A DNA stretch of 64,000 nt. It comes from Fusobacteriaceae bacterium. GTDB lineage: Bacteria; Fusobacteriota; Fusobacteriia; Fusobacteriales; Fusobacteriaceae. The position numbers were made by a program, and so were the translations under genes. This document shows, piece after piece, positions 27,865 through 38,023 of the stretch. The notes under the pieces are model-generated. The model worked only from the letters and a program-made list of their open reading frames with translations, was not told the origin of the DNA and ran no database searches. The stretch is taken from positions 7,587-71,586 of the forward strand of contig JAGNZR010000003.1 in the NCBI GenBank assembly GCA_017984315.1, given 5' to 3'. Within the stretch, counting starts at the first letter, position 1. Every line of letters begins with the position of its first letter.

Positions 27865-29301
27865 ATGTTTGGTTATTTACAAAAAATTGGGAAAGCACTA
27901 ATGGTTCCAGTTGCGGTTTTACCAGCGGCAGCAGTTTTAATGGGAATAGGTTATTGGATAGACCCAAGTGGTTGGGGAGGAGATAGTGCAATTGCGGCAT
28001 TTTTAATTAAGGCTGGAGCGGCAATAATTGACAATATGGGAATATTATTTGCTTTAGGTGTAGCTTTTGGTATGTCAAAAGACAAAGATGGATCTGCAGC
28101 ACTTGCAGGGTTAGTAGCTTGGCTAGTAGTGACAACTTTATTGGCACCAGGTTCAGTAGCTATGCTAAAGGGGATTCCAGTAGAAGAGGTTTCACCAGCA
28201 TTTAAAAAAATTTAAAACCAATTCGTAGGAATTTTATGTGGAGTAGTAGCAGCAGAAATATACAATAGATATAGCAAAGTTGAATTACCAAAAGCTTTAT
28301 CATTCTTTTCTGGTAGAAGATTAGTTCCTATTGTAACTTCTGTAGTTATGATGATAGTTTCATTTTTATTAATGGCTATTTGGCCAGTTGTTTTCTCAGG
28401 ACTTGTTAATTTTGGAATAGGAGTTTCTAAAATGGGCGCAGTGGGCGCAGCAATTTATGGATTTTTAAACAGATTATTAATACCTGTTGGTTTACACCAT
28501 GCTTTAAACTCTGTATTTTGGTTTGATGTTGCAGGGATTAATGATATTGGTAATTTTTGGGCAGGAACAGGGACAAAAGGTGTTACAGGGATGTATCAAG
28601 CTGGGTTCTTTCCAATAATGATGTTTGGATTAGTGGGTGCAGCTTTTGCATTTATAAAAACAGCTAAACCAGAAAATAAAGAAAAAATAAAATCAATAAT
28701 GTTAGCAGCAGGATTTGCAACTTTTTTTACAGGGATAACAGAACCGGTAGAATTTGCTTTTATGTTTGTGGCACCAGGGCTATATTTATTACATGCTGTA
28801 TTAACTGGAGTATCTTTATTTATAGCTGCATCAATGCATTGGATTGCAGGTTTTGGATTTTCAGCAGGATTAGTAGACTTAGTTCTATCATCTAATCTGC
28901 CTTTAGCCAATAAACCTATGATGTTAGTACTACAAGGATTAGTATTCTTTGTAATTTATTATTTTACATTTGTGGCTATCATAGAGAAATTTGATTTAAA
29001 AACACCTGGTAGAGAAGATGAAGGAACAACTGCAGAAGAAAAATCTGTTAGAACTGAAAAAGGTGGGTATGATGTAATTGCTGTTACATTATTTGAGGCT
29101 TTAGGAGGAAAAGAAAATATAGTTTTAGTTGATTATTGTGCAACTAGATTAAGATTAGAGGTGAAAGATAGTTCAGTAATTGATGACAAAAAAATTAAAA
29201 CAGTATCTTCAGGAGTATTAAAACCTACCAATACATCAGTACAAATTGTAATTGGAACAACTGTTGAATTTGTTGCAACAGAGTTAAAAAAATTAATTTA
29301 A
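27865..29301 (+). pseudogene. PTS glucose/GlcNAc-family EIICB gene interrupted by a single in-frame TAA (28213-28215)
   Basis: ORFs 27865-28215 and 28348-29301 are in the same frame. Translation continues colinearly through the stop (..SPAFKKI*NQFVGILCGVVAAEIYNRYSKVELPKALSFFSGRRLVPIV..). The EIIB active site is CATRLRLEV. No EIIA domain is present. Confidence 0.8.
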
Positions 29302-29364
29302 TATGAACAAAGTATAAAAATTATTTCTTTAATTTCTTTATATTAGAAATTTAGATTTTATAGT

Positions 29365-29415
29365 AAAAAAGGGGCATGAAAAATTAATATTTTTTTATCT
29401 GCTCCCTTTTTATTT
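29365..29415 (+). terminator. Rho-independent terminator after the PTS gene
   Basis: GGGGCA (29371-29376) pairs with TGCTCCC (29400-29406), with a bulged T and a long AT loop, followed by TTTTTATTT. Confidence 0.5.
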
Positions 29416-29492
29416 GAAATAATTTTATAAAAAATATAATAGGTAAAGACATTTTTATGTAAAGAATGTAGGATTTCTGAATTAAAATGAGT

Positions 29493-29521
29493 TTGACAAA
29501 TATAATGGCATAATATAAAAT
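29493..29521 (+). promoter_or_regulatory. sigma70-like promoter for the TolC-MFP-RND operon
   Basis: TTGACA (29493-29498), 17-nt spacer, TAAAAT (29516-29521). Confidence 0.5.
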
Positions 29522-29578
29522 CAAAAGATGACTAAAATAAAATAGTAGAAAAGAGCAGAAGGAGAGAATAGGGAAAAT

Positions 29579-31831
29579 ATGAAAAAAAGTATATTAAAGA
29601 TAATTTTATTTTTATCCTTAAGTATAATTATATTTGCAGCAGATTATCCTGTTGGAATTTTAGTTAATGAAAAATACGGAAAGGCTTTAGAAAATAAAGT
29701 TAGAGAAGAGATAAAAAATGAATTTAAAGATAGCGATGTTAATGTAAAAATAACTCAAGTTGAATATGTTAATATGCAAACATTCAGCCAAGGGTTAAAA
29801 AAATTAGATGGAAATAAAGAACTGAATGCTATTTTTGTACTAGATTATACTACTGATTTAAACGAGTTGAAAAGTCAGAAAATGATTATCTACCCTTTTG
29901 GTATTGGTGAGGGGGAAGGAGTATTATCAGATAAATTAATATTTATTCAAGGTAATTTAGATCTAGACTCTGATATAAAAGATTTAAAAGAGTTAAGAGA
30001 GATAAAAAAAATCCTTTATGTAGTTTCTCCTGAAACAATAAGAAATAGCGATAAGTTTATGGAAAAATTATCTGAAGCATCAAATAGTAATGGTTTAGAG
30101 CATAAAATTGTAAAATTAAGTGAAAATATTGAAACAATAAAAAAAGAGATATTAAATGCAGATGCAGTATATATAGTGTCAAACAGTAATGTAAAAGAGA
30201 TTTTAAAGTTCTCAACAGAGAATAATAAGATGACATATCTTGCTAATTTAGAGAGTTCGAATGCTAAATATTCAATGATGGCTTATGATTTACAGTTAGA
30301 GAGTGATAAAAGGATACGTGCTGGTGTAAATAGCTACGCAAATAAACTATTTGGAAAGCAAGAGTATTCTATAGCTACTTTAGGAAAAGTTTCAGAAAAA
30401 AGATTTTTCAATAAATCTATAGCAAGAGGGATGAACCTTTATCCTACAGAGAGATATCTTAAAGATTTTAAAGTAGTTGGAGATGCGTCTAAGAACGCTC
30501 CAAAATTAGAGTTAGAGAGTGCCATAAAATATGGATTAGACAATAATCCAACACTTTTAGCATCATTTAACAGAATGTCTAGTAGAGATTATAAATATAT
30601 GGCTAAATTTGCTGAAAGATTACCGCAAGTAAAAGCAGAAGGTAATTATGATTATTTAGAGCAAAATGCTGTAAATCAATATACAAGGGATGAAAATGCA
30701 GTAACAGGCGGAATTAAAATAAGCCAAGTAATCTTTAGCAATGATTTAAATGCTCAAATATTTAGTCAAAAAATAGATTCGTTGAATAGTGAATTAAGTT
30801 TTAAAGAGGATAGCAATATACTGATTCAAGAGATTGTTGGAGCATATTTAGACGTTTTAAGAGAACAGTCTAATTTAACTATTCAACAAAATAACTATGA
30901 TATGTTAAAAGAGTTTTTAAAAATAAGTAAATTAAAATTTGAAACAGGTGCTGTTGGAATGCAAGATGTTTATAGATTTGAAACTGAACTTGCAGTGGCA
31001 GAGTCTGATCTTATTTCAGCGGAAACAGCCTTAAAAAACAGTGAAGTAAGATTAAATAAAATACTGAATTTAAAACAGGATACAAAACATTCATACGAAG
31101 ATTTAGATTCCTTAAAAGCAAAATTTAGCCAAGTTAAAATTCCGATGAAAGAGATGACTTATAATGATAGTTTGAGATTAAAAGTTACTGAACATTTTAT
31201 AGATGGTGCTTTAAATAATTCAAATAACTTAAAAATAGCCGAGAATAAAATAGAGGATATTGACAGTCAATATAAAGCTGCATCACGTTCAAGATACCTT
31301 CCTGATGTTGAAGGTTTCGCAAGATATAATAAAAATAACATAGGTTCTTCAGGAAAAGATTCTGAAAATGATATAGAAAATTATTGGAGTGCTGGGGTAG
31401 GAGTGAGTTTACCACTATTTACAAGTGGAGAGATTCATTACAGAAAGAAGAGTTTAGAATCAGAAAAGGAAGCTGTTAGCTATGAGAAGTCAAATGTAGA
31501 AAATAGTGTAGAAAGAGATATGAATGTAGAGATGAACAGATTAATAGGTTCATATAATCAAATTTTAACTACAGAATCAGCAAAGAATGCCTCTAAAAAA
31601 TATTTAGATATAAGTATAAATCAATATAAGATTGGAAGTATTAATATTACTGATTTATTAGAAGCTAAAAATACATATGTGGCAGCTGAAATGAATAATT
31701 TAATTGCAAACTATAGATTGTTTAATTCTCAAGTAGCAGTTGAGAAAACTTATGGTGAATATTTATTCTTAAAAAATGATGCTGAAAAAAGAACTATAAA
31801 TGAAGAGTTAAAATCTCTTCTTAAAAATTAG
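29579..31831 (+). CDS. TolC-family outer membrane efflux protein with a ~290-aa N-terminal extension
   Basis: Signal peptide MKKSILKIILFLSLSIIIFA. The OEP repeats start near LELESAIKYGLDNNPTLLA and run to the C-terminus. Residues ~22-305 have no TolC character. Confidence 0.8.
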   Translation: MKKSILKIILFLSLSIIIFAADYPVGILVNEKYGKALENKVREEIKNEFKDSDVNVKITQVEYVNMQTFSQGLKKLDGNKELNAIFVLDYTTDLNELKSQKMIIYPFGIGEGEGVLSDKLIFIQGNLDLDSDIKDLKELREIKKILYVVSPETIRNSDKFMEKLSEASNSNGLEHKIVKLSENIETIKKEILNADAVYIVSNSNVKEILKFSTENNKMTYLANLESSNAKYSMMAYDLQLESDKRIRAGVNSYANKLFGKQEYSIATLGKVSEKRFFNKSIARGMNLYPTERYLKDFKVVGDASKNAPKLELESAIKYGLDNNPTLLASFNRMSSRDYKYMAKFAERLPQVKAEGNYDYLEQNAVNQYTRDENAVTGGIKISQVIFSNDLNAQIFSQKIDSLNSELSFKEDSNILIQEIVGAYLDVLREQSNLTIQQNNYDMLKEFLKISKLKFETGAVGMQDVYRFETELAVAESDLISAETALKNSEVRLNKILNLKQDTKHSYEDLDSLKAKFSQVKIPMKEMTYNDSLRLKVTEHFIDGALNNSNNLKIAENKIEDIDSQYKAASRSRYLPDVEGFARYNKNNIGSSGKDSENDIENYWSAGVGVSLPLFTSGEIHYRKKSLESEKEAVSYEKSNVENSVERDMNVEMNRLIGSYNQILTTESAKNASKKYLDISINQYKIGSINITDLLEAKNTYVAAEMNNLIANYRLFNSQVAVEKTYGEYLFLKNDAEKRTINEELKSLLKN

Positions 31832-31840
31832 GGGTGAAAA

Positions 31841-32884
31841 ATGAAAAAAATATTCATATTGATGTCAATGGTATCTCTATTTGTTGGTTGTGGAAAAGAT
31901 AAAGAAAAAATAAATTTAGATTTACCAATAAGACCAGTTAACTATGTAGTTGTTCAAGATGAACAAATATATAAAGAAAAAGAGTTTTCAGGGAATATAG
32001 TTCCTGAAGTTTTATCAGAACTTAGTTTCAGAGTTTCAGGTAATATTAAAGAGAGGTTAGTAGATTTAGGAGAGAAAGTAGAAACAGGGGATGTTTTAGC
32101 AATATTAGATCCAACTGATTATCAATTAAACTATAATAGAGCAGACGCTCTATATAGAAATGCTAAATCAACATTTGAAAGAGATAGAGTATTATACTTA
32201 GAAAACAGCATTTCAAAAGCTGAATATGAGAGATCACAAGCCGATTATAGAGCTAAGGAAGCAGAAGCTAACTATGCAAAACAGCAGCTATCGTATACAA
32301 GGTTAGTTGCAACAGCTCCAGGTGAAATAGCAAAAGTAGAAGCAGAGATTAACCAAACAGTATCACCAGGGCAACCTATTTTCACATTAAATGAAATAGG
32401 AGGATTAGAAGTAGAGTTTACAGTTCCAGATTTAAATATAAATAATATGAAACTTAATCAAGAAGTTGAAATTGTAGTTATCGCAACTGGAGAAAAAGTA
32501 AAAGGCGTAATATCAAATATAGGTTCTATATCAAGTGCTTATGGAAAGACATATCCAATAAAAGCTAAAGTTTTAAATTATTCTGAAACTATAAAACCTG
32601 GAATGATTGTTAATTTAAAACTTAAACTTGATTCACAAGAGGGAAGAACAGTGCCAGCAATATCAGTTCTTATGGATGAAAGTGGTCATAAATATGTATA
32701 TGTAGTTGAAAATATAAAAGATGGTGTAGGTTCCATAGCTAAGAGAAAAGTTCAGTTAGGTGGAGCTTCAACAAAAAATATTGAGATTAAAGAGGGATTA
32801 AAAACAGGAGATTTTGTAGTTACAGATGGTGCTACAGTAGTTTATGAAGGACAAAAGGTAAAACTGGGAGAAAAGGGGGAATAA
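31841..32884 (+). CDS. RND efflux periplasmic adaptor (membrane fusion protein), lipoprotein
   Basis: Lipobox LFVGC. Biotinyl/lipoyl-like hairpin GDVLAILDPTDYQLNY. Coiled-coil and beta-barrel segments. Confidence 0.88.
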   Translation: MKKIFILMSMVSLFVGCGKDKEKINLDLPIRPVNYVVVQDEQIYKEKEFSGNIVPEVLSELSFRVSGNIKERLVDLGEKVETGDVLAILDPTDYQLNYNRADALYRNAKSTFERDRVLYLENSISKAEYERSQADYRAKEAEANYAKQQLSYTRLVATAPGEIAKVEAEINQTVSPGQPIFTLNEIGGLEVEFTVPDLNINNMKLNQEVEIVVIATGEKVKGVISNIGSISSAYGKTYPIKAKVLNYSETIKPGMIVNLKLKLDSQEGRTVPAISVLMDESGHKYVYVVENIKDGVGSIAKRKVQLGGASTKNIEIKEGLKTGDFVVTDGATVVYEGQKVKLGEKGE

Positions 32885-32887
32885 TAT

Positions 32888-35800
32888 ATGAGTTTAACAG
32901 AATTAGCGCTGAAAAATAAGCTAAGTACTTATTTATTAGTAGCCCTAATGTGTGTATTTGGTGTTATGTCATATTTATCCGCAGAAAAAGCTGAAGACCC
33001 AGGGTATACAGTAAAAACAGCAATTATAACTACAAAATGGCCAGGTGCAACTGCAGAGCAAGTAGCAGAACTTGTAAGTAAAAAAATAGAACAGGAAGTT
33101 AGTACATTAGATTCTTTAGATTATGTATACTCAAAAAATACTCCAGGTGAGTCTAATGTATATGTAAATTTAAAAGCAAAATATTGGGAGACTTTTGAAC
33201 CATTTCAAGAGTTAATGAATAAAGTTAGCAGTTTTGTGGTACTTCCACCAGATGCAAGTAAACCGATTATTAATGTATATTTTGGTAATATATATGGAAC
33301 AGTTTTAACAATACAAAGTGATACAGTATCTCCAGAAAAACTATATGAATATAGTGAGGATTTAAAAAAGGAACTTTTTTTCAATGTACCTGAGATTGCA
33401 GAAGTTAAAATTTATGGTAGACAAAATGAGATGATTTACATTGATATAGATAATGATAAATTAATTGAATCTGGAATAACAATTACTGAAATTACAAAAA
33501 ATTTACAAGAAGCAAATTTATTAACTGAAGGTGGAACAATTCAGTATATGAATGATAGAATAATTGTAAATCCGTCAGGGACTTTTAAAAATATAGATCA
33601 AATAGGTGATGTTGTTTTTCATAATGAAGGAAAACAAGGACGTGTATATTTAAAAGAGTTAGCGACAATAAGAAAAGGTTATGAAAAACCTACAAAATTA
33701 GTTACTTACAGCCAGGACAAGCATGCAATAGTTTTAGGAATAGCTCTCAGCAAAGGTTCTAATATCATAAAATTGAGAGAGGGAGTAGAAAAAACTGTTG
33801 AAAATTATAAAAATAAGTTACCTTTAGGTATAGATATTAGTTTTGCTTATAATCAAGGAAGTCTTGTTCAGGACAAAATATCAGGGTTCATATCAAGTTT
33901 ACTGCAAGCTATCATAATTATAGTTGCAGTTATGTTAGTGTTCTTAGGAATGAAAACAGGACTTATAATTGCATCTTTAACTCCTACATCAATAGCTGCT
34001 ACATTTATAGTGATGTCAATTATGGATTATGGAATAAACAAGATGACTTTAGCAGGGCTTATAATAGCCTTGGGTATGCTAGTTGATACTGCTGTTGTTA
34101 TGTCAGAGAATATAACTGTTTTATGTCAAAAAGGGATGGAAAAAAGAGCTGCTTGTATAAAATCTGCTAATGATTTAGCAATTCCACTATTTACTGGAGC
34201 ACTTACAACTTGTGCTGCAATGATCCCTATTATAGTTAATAAAGAGACTATGGGACAATATGTTGGTCCGATGGCAATGGTTGTTATAATAGCTCTAATG
34301 GTTTCTTGGGGAATAAATCAAACATTTATACCATTAGTTTGTTATGATTTTTTAGATCCCAATGAATCAAAAGTGATAGATTATGAAAAAGATTCAATGT
34401 ACATAAAATATAGAAGCGCATTATTGTTTGCAGTAAAAAATAAAAAAATTATGGTGATGGCTTCAATAGGTACATTTGTTTTAGGAGCATTTTTATTTAC
34501 ATTTATTAATAAAAATTTCTTACCAGATTCAGATAATCCTACAATGGCAACTTATATAAGGATGCCAAAAGGGACTTCAATAGAGACAACAGAACAACTG
34601 GTAAAAGAGCTGAATAAATATATAAAAGAGAACCACTTTGTAGGGGATGTAAAACCAGCACCACCAACAATTTTAGACTATATCCTTACAGGTGGAATAA
34701 CAAAAGTATATGAGAAAGATGGTGTTTTAGGATGGGTATCATATGTTGGAGCTGGTGGTCCTAAATTTACTTTAGGATATACTCCAGAAGTTACTCTTCC
34801 AGAGTATGCTTTTATCTTAACGAAAGTGACTGATTATAAACTTATACCTAAATATGCGTCGTATATTAATACATTTTTACAAGAAAAATATCCTAGTGTA
34901 ACAGTATCGACAAAAGGGTTACAAACAGGACCTGTTTTTGAATGGGATATGTCGTATGTCTTATCTTCTAAAGATAAATTGGTTTTAGAAAATGTAAAAG
35001 AAGAGATTATGACAAAATTTAGAAGTGTTGAAGGGGTAAGAGTTGTAAATGAGTCTGCAGGAAATAAAGTTCCAGAGATAGTTATAGATATAGATTATAA
35101 TAAAGCTCAGTTGGCTGGACTTTCAACAAGACAAATAGCTGATGCACTAAAGTATAGTCTAAAAGGTTATAATGCAACACTGTTTTATGATTTCAATGCT
35201 CCACCTGAAAGTACAATGATTCCTATTACAATAAGTGGAACGAAGGATTACAAAGATAAACTTCAACTTCTTGGAAGTATAATTTTACAAAATGAGAATG
35301 GACAAAAAATTCCATTACAGCAAGTTGCTAAATTATCTTTAAATTATGAAAAAAGCTTTGTTTATAAAAGAAATATGGAAAACGCTATATTAATAAATGT
35401 GGGAACTGATATAGGGTATACAGGAACAGATGTAAACAATATAATAAAACCATGGATAGAAGAGAGAATTAAAAATAGTTGGGAACCTCAAGGTGTAAAA
35501 TTTGAACTAAATGATGTTTTAAGAACATCAAGTGATAATAAAAAAGGGGTAATGGGTGCAACACCTATTGCAATGCTTGTGGTAGCTTTAATAGTTATAG
35601 TTCAATTTAACTCTATAAAAAAAGGTATGATAATAATGGCTACAATTCCATTAACTATTTTAGGGTGTGCTATAGGTCTTCTTGTAACAGGATTAGACTT
35701 TGGGTTTATGCCTTTAGTAGGAATTATATCTCTAGCTGGAATTATAGTTAACCAAGCTATTATAATGCTGGATACTTTCCAAGTTTTAGAGATAACACTG

Positions 35801-36106
35801 AATGGTGATATTAAAAATGCGATGATTATAGGAAGTCAGGACAGATTAAGACCAATACTTCTTACAACATACACAACTTTAATAGGGTTATTCCCTTTAT
35901 ATCTGTTTGGAGGGCCACTTTTTGAAGGTTTAGCAGCAGTTTTAATAATGGGATTAACATTTGGAACTGCTTTAACTCTATTAGTAATACCATCACTATA
36001 TTCAATTGTGTACAAAGTAGATTTTTCTACATATGAATATAAAGGTACAGCAGTTTTGGAAGATGCATTGTCAGCTGAAAAATTAGCAAATGAAGAGAAA
36101 AATTAA
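32888..36106 (+). CDS. RND family efflux transporter permease (AcrB/HAE-like)
   Basis: 1072 aa with a 12-TM layout and two large periplasmic loops. It lies 3 nt after the MFP gene. Confidence 0.9.
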   Translation: MSLTELALKNKLSTYLLVALMCVFGVMSYLSAEKAEDPGYTVKTAIITTKWPGATAEQVAELVSKKIEQEVSTLDSLDYVYSKNTPGESNVYVNLKAKYWETFEPFQELMNKVSSFVVLPPDASKPIINVYFGNIYGTVLTIQSDTVSPEKLYEYSEDLKKELFFNVPEIAEVKIYGRQNEMIYIDIDNDKLIESGITITEITKNLQEANLLTEGGTIQYMNDRIIVNPSGTFKNIDQIGDVVFHNEGKQGRVYLKELATIRKGYEKPTKLVTYSQDKHAIVLGIALSKGSNIIKLREGVEKTVENYKNKLPLGIDISFAYNQGSLVQDKISGFISSLLQAIIIIVAVMLVFLGMKTGLIIASLTPTSIAATFIVMSIMDYGINKMTLAGLIIALGMLVDTAVVMSENITVLCQKGMEKRAACIKSANDLAIPLFTGALTTCAAMIPIIVNKETMGQYVGPMAMVVIIALMVSWGINQTFIPLVCYDFLDPNESKVIDYEKDSMYIKYRSALLFAVKNKKIMVMASIGTFVLGAFLFTFINKNFLPDSDNPTMATYIRMPKGTSIETTEQLVKELNKYIKENHFVGDVKPAPPTILDYILTGGITKVYEKDGVLGWVSYVGAGGPKFTLGYTPEVTLPEYAFILTKVTDYKLIPKYASYINTFLQEKYPSVTVSTKGLQTGPVFEWDMSYVLSSKDKLVLENVKEEIMTKFRSVEGVRVVNESAGNKVPEIVIDIDYNKAQLAGLSTRQIADALKYSLKGYNATLFYDFNAPPESTMIPITISGTKDYKDKLQLLGSIILQNENGQKIPLQQVAKLSLNYEKSFVYKRNMENAILINVGTDIGYTGTDVNNIIKPWIEERIKNSWEPQGVKFELNDVLRTSSDNKKGVMGATPIAMLVVALIVIVQFNSIKKGMIIMATIPLTILGCAIGLLVTGLDFGFMPLVGIISLAGIIVNQAIIMLDTFQVLEITLNGDIKNAMIIGSQDRLRPILLTTYTTLIGLFPLYLFGGPLFEGLAAVLIMGLTFGTALTLLVIPSLYSIVYKVDFSTYEYKGTAVLEDALSAEKLANEEKN

Positions 36107-36154
36107 TACAGTTAATAGACAGTTAGTACAATGATTTAATATTTGAATATAATA

Positions 36155-36215
36155 TGGGGGAAGCTTTTACAGGTAGTGAAAACCGCTACTAGTTAAGGGT
36201 TTCCCTATGTTTTTT
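36155..36215 (+). terminator. possible compound hairpin terminator after the RND operon
   Basis: Inner stem GTAGTG/CGCTAC (36072-style pairing at 36172-36188). Outer stem GGGAA/TTCCC. T-run at 36208-36214. The geometry is imperfect. Confidence 0.35.
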
Positions 36216-36386
36216 ATAAAAAAAACATAAAAACAAGTTCTTTTTAAGGGGAAATTGTTCTAAAAATAGTTAAAAAGTATGTTTTAAACATTTTTTTTAT
36301 TAAAAAAGCTTTATTTTAATTTAAAATGCTGTATAATATGAATTAGGGAAACTAATAGTTTTTTAATTATTCGGAGGTGTAGATTT

Positions 36387-37919
36387 TTGAAAGTTATATT
36401 AGGTCAAGGAAAGTTAAGTATTGAAGATGTGGTAAATGTATGCAGAAATGGCTTTAAAGTTGAAATAGCTGAGGAAGCTGTAGTAAGAATGCAAAAAGCA
36501 AGAGATTTAGTTGAAAGATATGTTAACGAAGGGAAGATCGCTTATGGAATTACAACAGGATTTGGGAAATTTTCTGATGTAATTATTTCGAAAGAGGAAA
36601 CTGAACAGTTACAAAAAAACTTAATTATAAGTCATTCATGTGGAGTAGGAAACCCACTATCTATAGAAAACGCTCGTGCAATAATGCTTTTAAGAGTTAA
36701 TAACTTTACAAGAGGGCATTCAGGAATAAGAATTTCAACAGCTGATAAGATTGTTGAACTATTAAATAAAGGTGTAACACCATTTATCCCTGAAAAAGGA
36801 TCGTTAGGAGCTTCAGGAGATTTAGCACCATTATCTCATATGGTATTAGTTTTATTAGGATTAGGAAAAGCTTATTATAATGGAGAGTTATATGAGGGAG
36901 CTGAGGCTTTAGCAAAAGCTGGAATAGAGCCATTAGCATCTCTTTCTTCAAAAGAGGGATTAGCTTTAATAAACGGTACTCAAGCTATGACTGGAATCGG
37001 AGCTATAACTATATATGATGCAATAAATTTAATGAAACATTTAGACATTGCTGCTTCATTAACAATGGAATCTTTAAATGGAATTAGATGTGCAATGGAT
37101 CACAAACTTCATGAAGTAAGAGGGCACCAAGGACAAATAGATAGTGCTAAGAATATTTTAAGAATAATAGAGGGAAGTTCTTCAATAACAAACCAAGGTG
37201 ATGTAAGAGTACAAGATCCATATACATTACGTTGTACACCTCAAGTTCACGGAGCAAGTAAAGATGCTTTAAATTATGTAAGAGAAAAAATTGAGATAGA
37301 GATTAATGCTGTAACAGATAATCCAATTATATTCCCTGATTTTGACCAAGTTTTATCAGGTGGAAACTTCCATGGACAGCCAATGGCATTACCATTTGAC
37401 TTTTTAGGAATAGCTCTTGCAGAGATGGCTAACATATCAGAAAGAAGATTAGAAAGATTAGTAAATCCTAACTTAAACTTTGGACTTCCTGCTTTCTTAG
37501 TAGAAAACGGAGGAGTAAACTCTGGATTTATGATAGTTCAATATAGTGCTGCAGCTTTAGTATCAGAAAATAAAGTTTTAGCACACCCAGCTTCAGTTGA
37601 CTCAATTCCATCATCAGCTAACCAAGAAGATCATGTTTCTATGGGAACAATCGCTTCAAGAAAAGCAAGAGAGATTATGGAAAACGCAAGAAAAGTTATA
37701 TCTATGGAGATTTTAGCAGCTTGCCAAGGTATTGATTTAAGAAAAGTTGAAAAATTAGGAAAAGGATCAAAAGTTGCTTACGACATAGTTAGAGAGAATG
37801 TTACTTACTATGATAAAGATAGAGTTATGTATTTAGATATCAATAAAGTAGAAGAGATCGTTATGGGTAATTCTATTGTAGACAAAGTTGAAAAAACAAT
37901 TGGAAATTTAGCAGTTTAA
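36387..37919 (+). CDS. hutH: histidine ammonia-lyase
   Basis: MIO-forming GSLGASGDLAPLSH motif. Full-length colinearity with HutH. TTG start 9 nt after a GGAGG RBS. Confidence 0.93.
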   Translation: MKVILGQGKLSIEDVVNVCRNGFKVEIAEEAVVRMQKARDLVERYVNEGKIAYGITTGFGKFSDVIISKEETEQLQKNLIISHSCGVGNPLSIENARAIMLLRVNNFTRGHSGIRISTADKIVELLNKGVTPFIPEKGSLGASGDLAPLSHMVLVLLGLGKAYYNGELYEGAEALAKAGIEPLASLSSKEGLALINGTQAMTGIGAITIYDAINLMKHLDIAASLTMESLNGIRCAMDHKLHEVRGHQGQIDSAKNILRIIEGSSSITNQGDVRVQDPYTLRCTPQVHGASKDALNYVREKIEIEINAVTDNPIIFPDFDQVLSGGNFHGQPMALPFDFLGIALAEMANISERRLERLVNPNLNFGLPAFLVENGGVNSGFMIVQYSAAALVSENKVLAHPASVDSIPSSANQEDHVSMGTIASRKAREIMENARKVISMEILAACQGIDLRKVEKLGKGSKVAYDIVRENVTYYDKDRVMYLDINKVEEIVMGNSIVDKVEKTIGNLAV

Positions 37920-37965
37920 TAGTATAATTTATATAGCAGAGAGTTCTGTAAGTAAAAAATAATAG

Positions 37966-38001
37966 AAGGCGATTAAATATTAATTATTTAATCGTCTTTT
38001 T
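37966..38001 (+). terminator. Rho-independent terminator after hutH
   Basis: GGCGATTAAATA pairs with TATTTAATCGTC (one G-T wobble), followed by TTTTT. Confidence 0.8.
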
Positions 38002-38023
38002 AAACTTGGTGAGGAGAGCGAAT

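Noticed and set aside
36340-36372. Mini hairpin ATTAG-GGAAA-CTAAT plus T-run in the hutH leader, as a possible HutP-type antitermination target
   Set aside because: The stem is only 5 bp. There is no hutP gene and there are no UAG-triplet repeats nearby. This is too weak to call.
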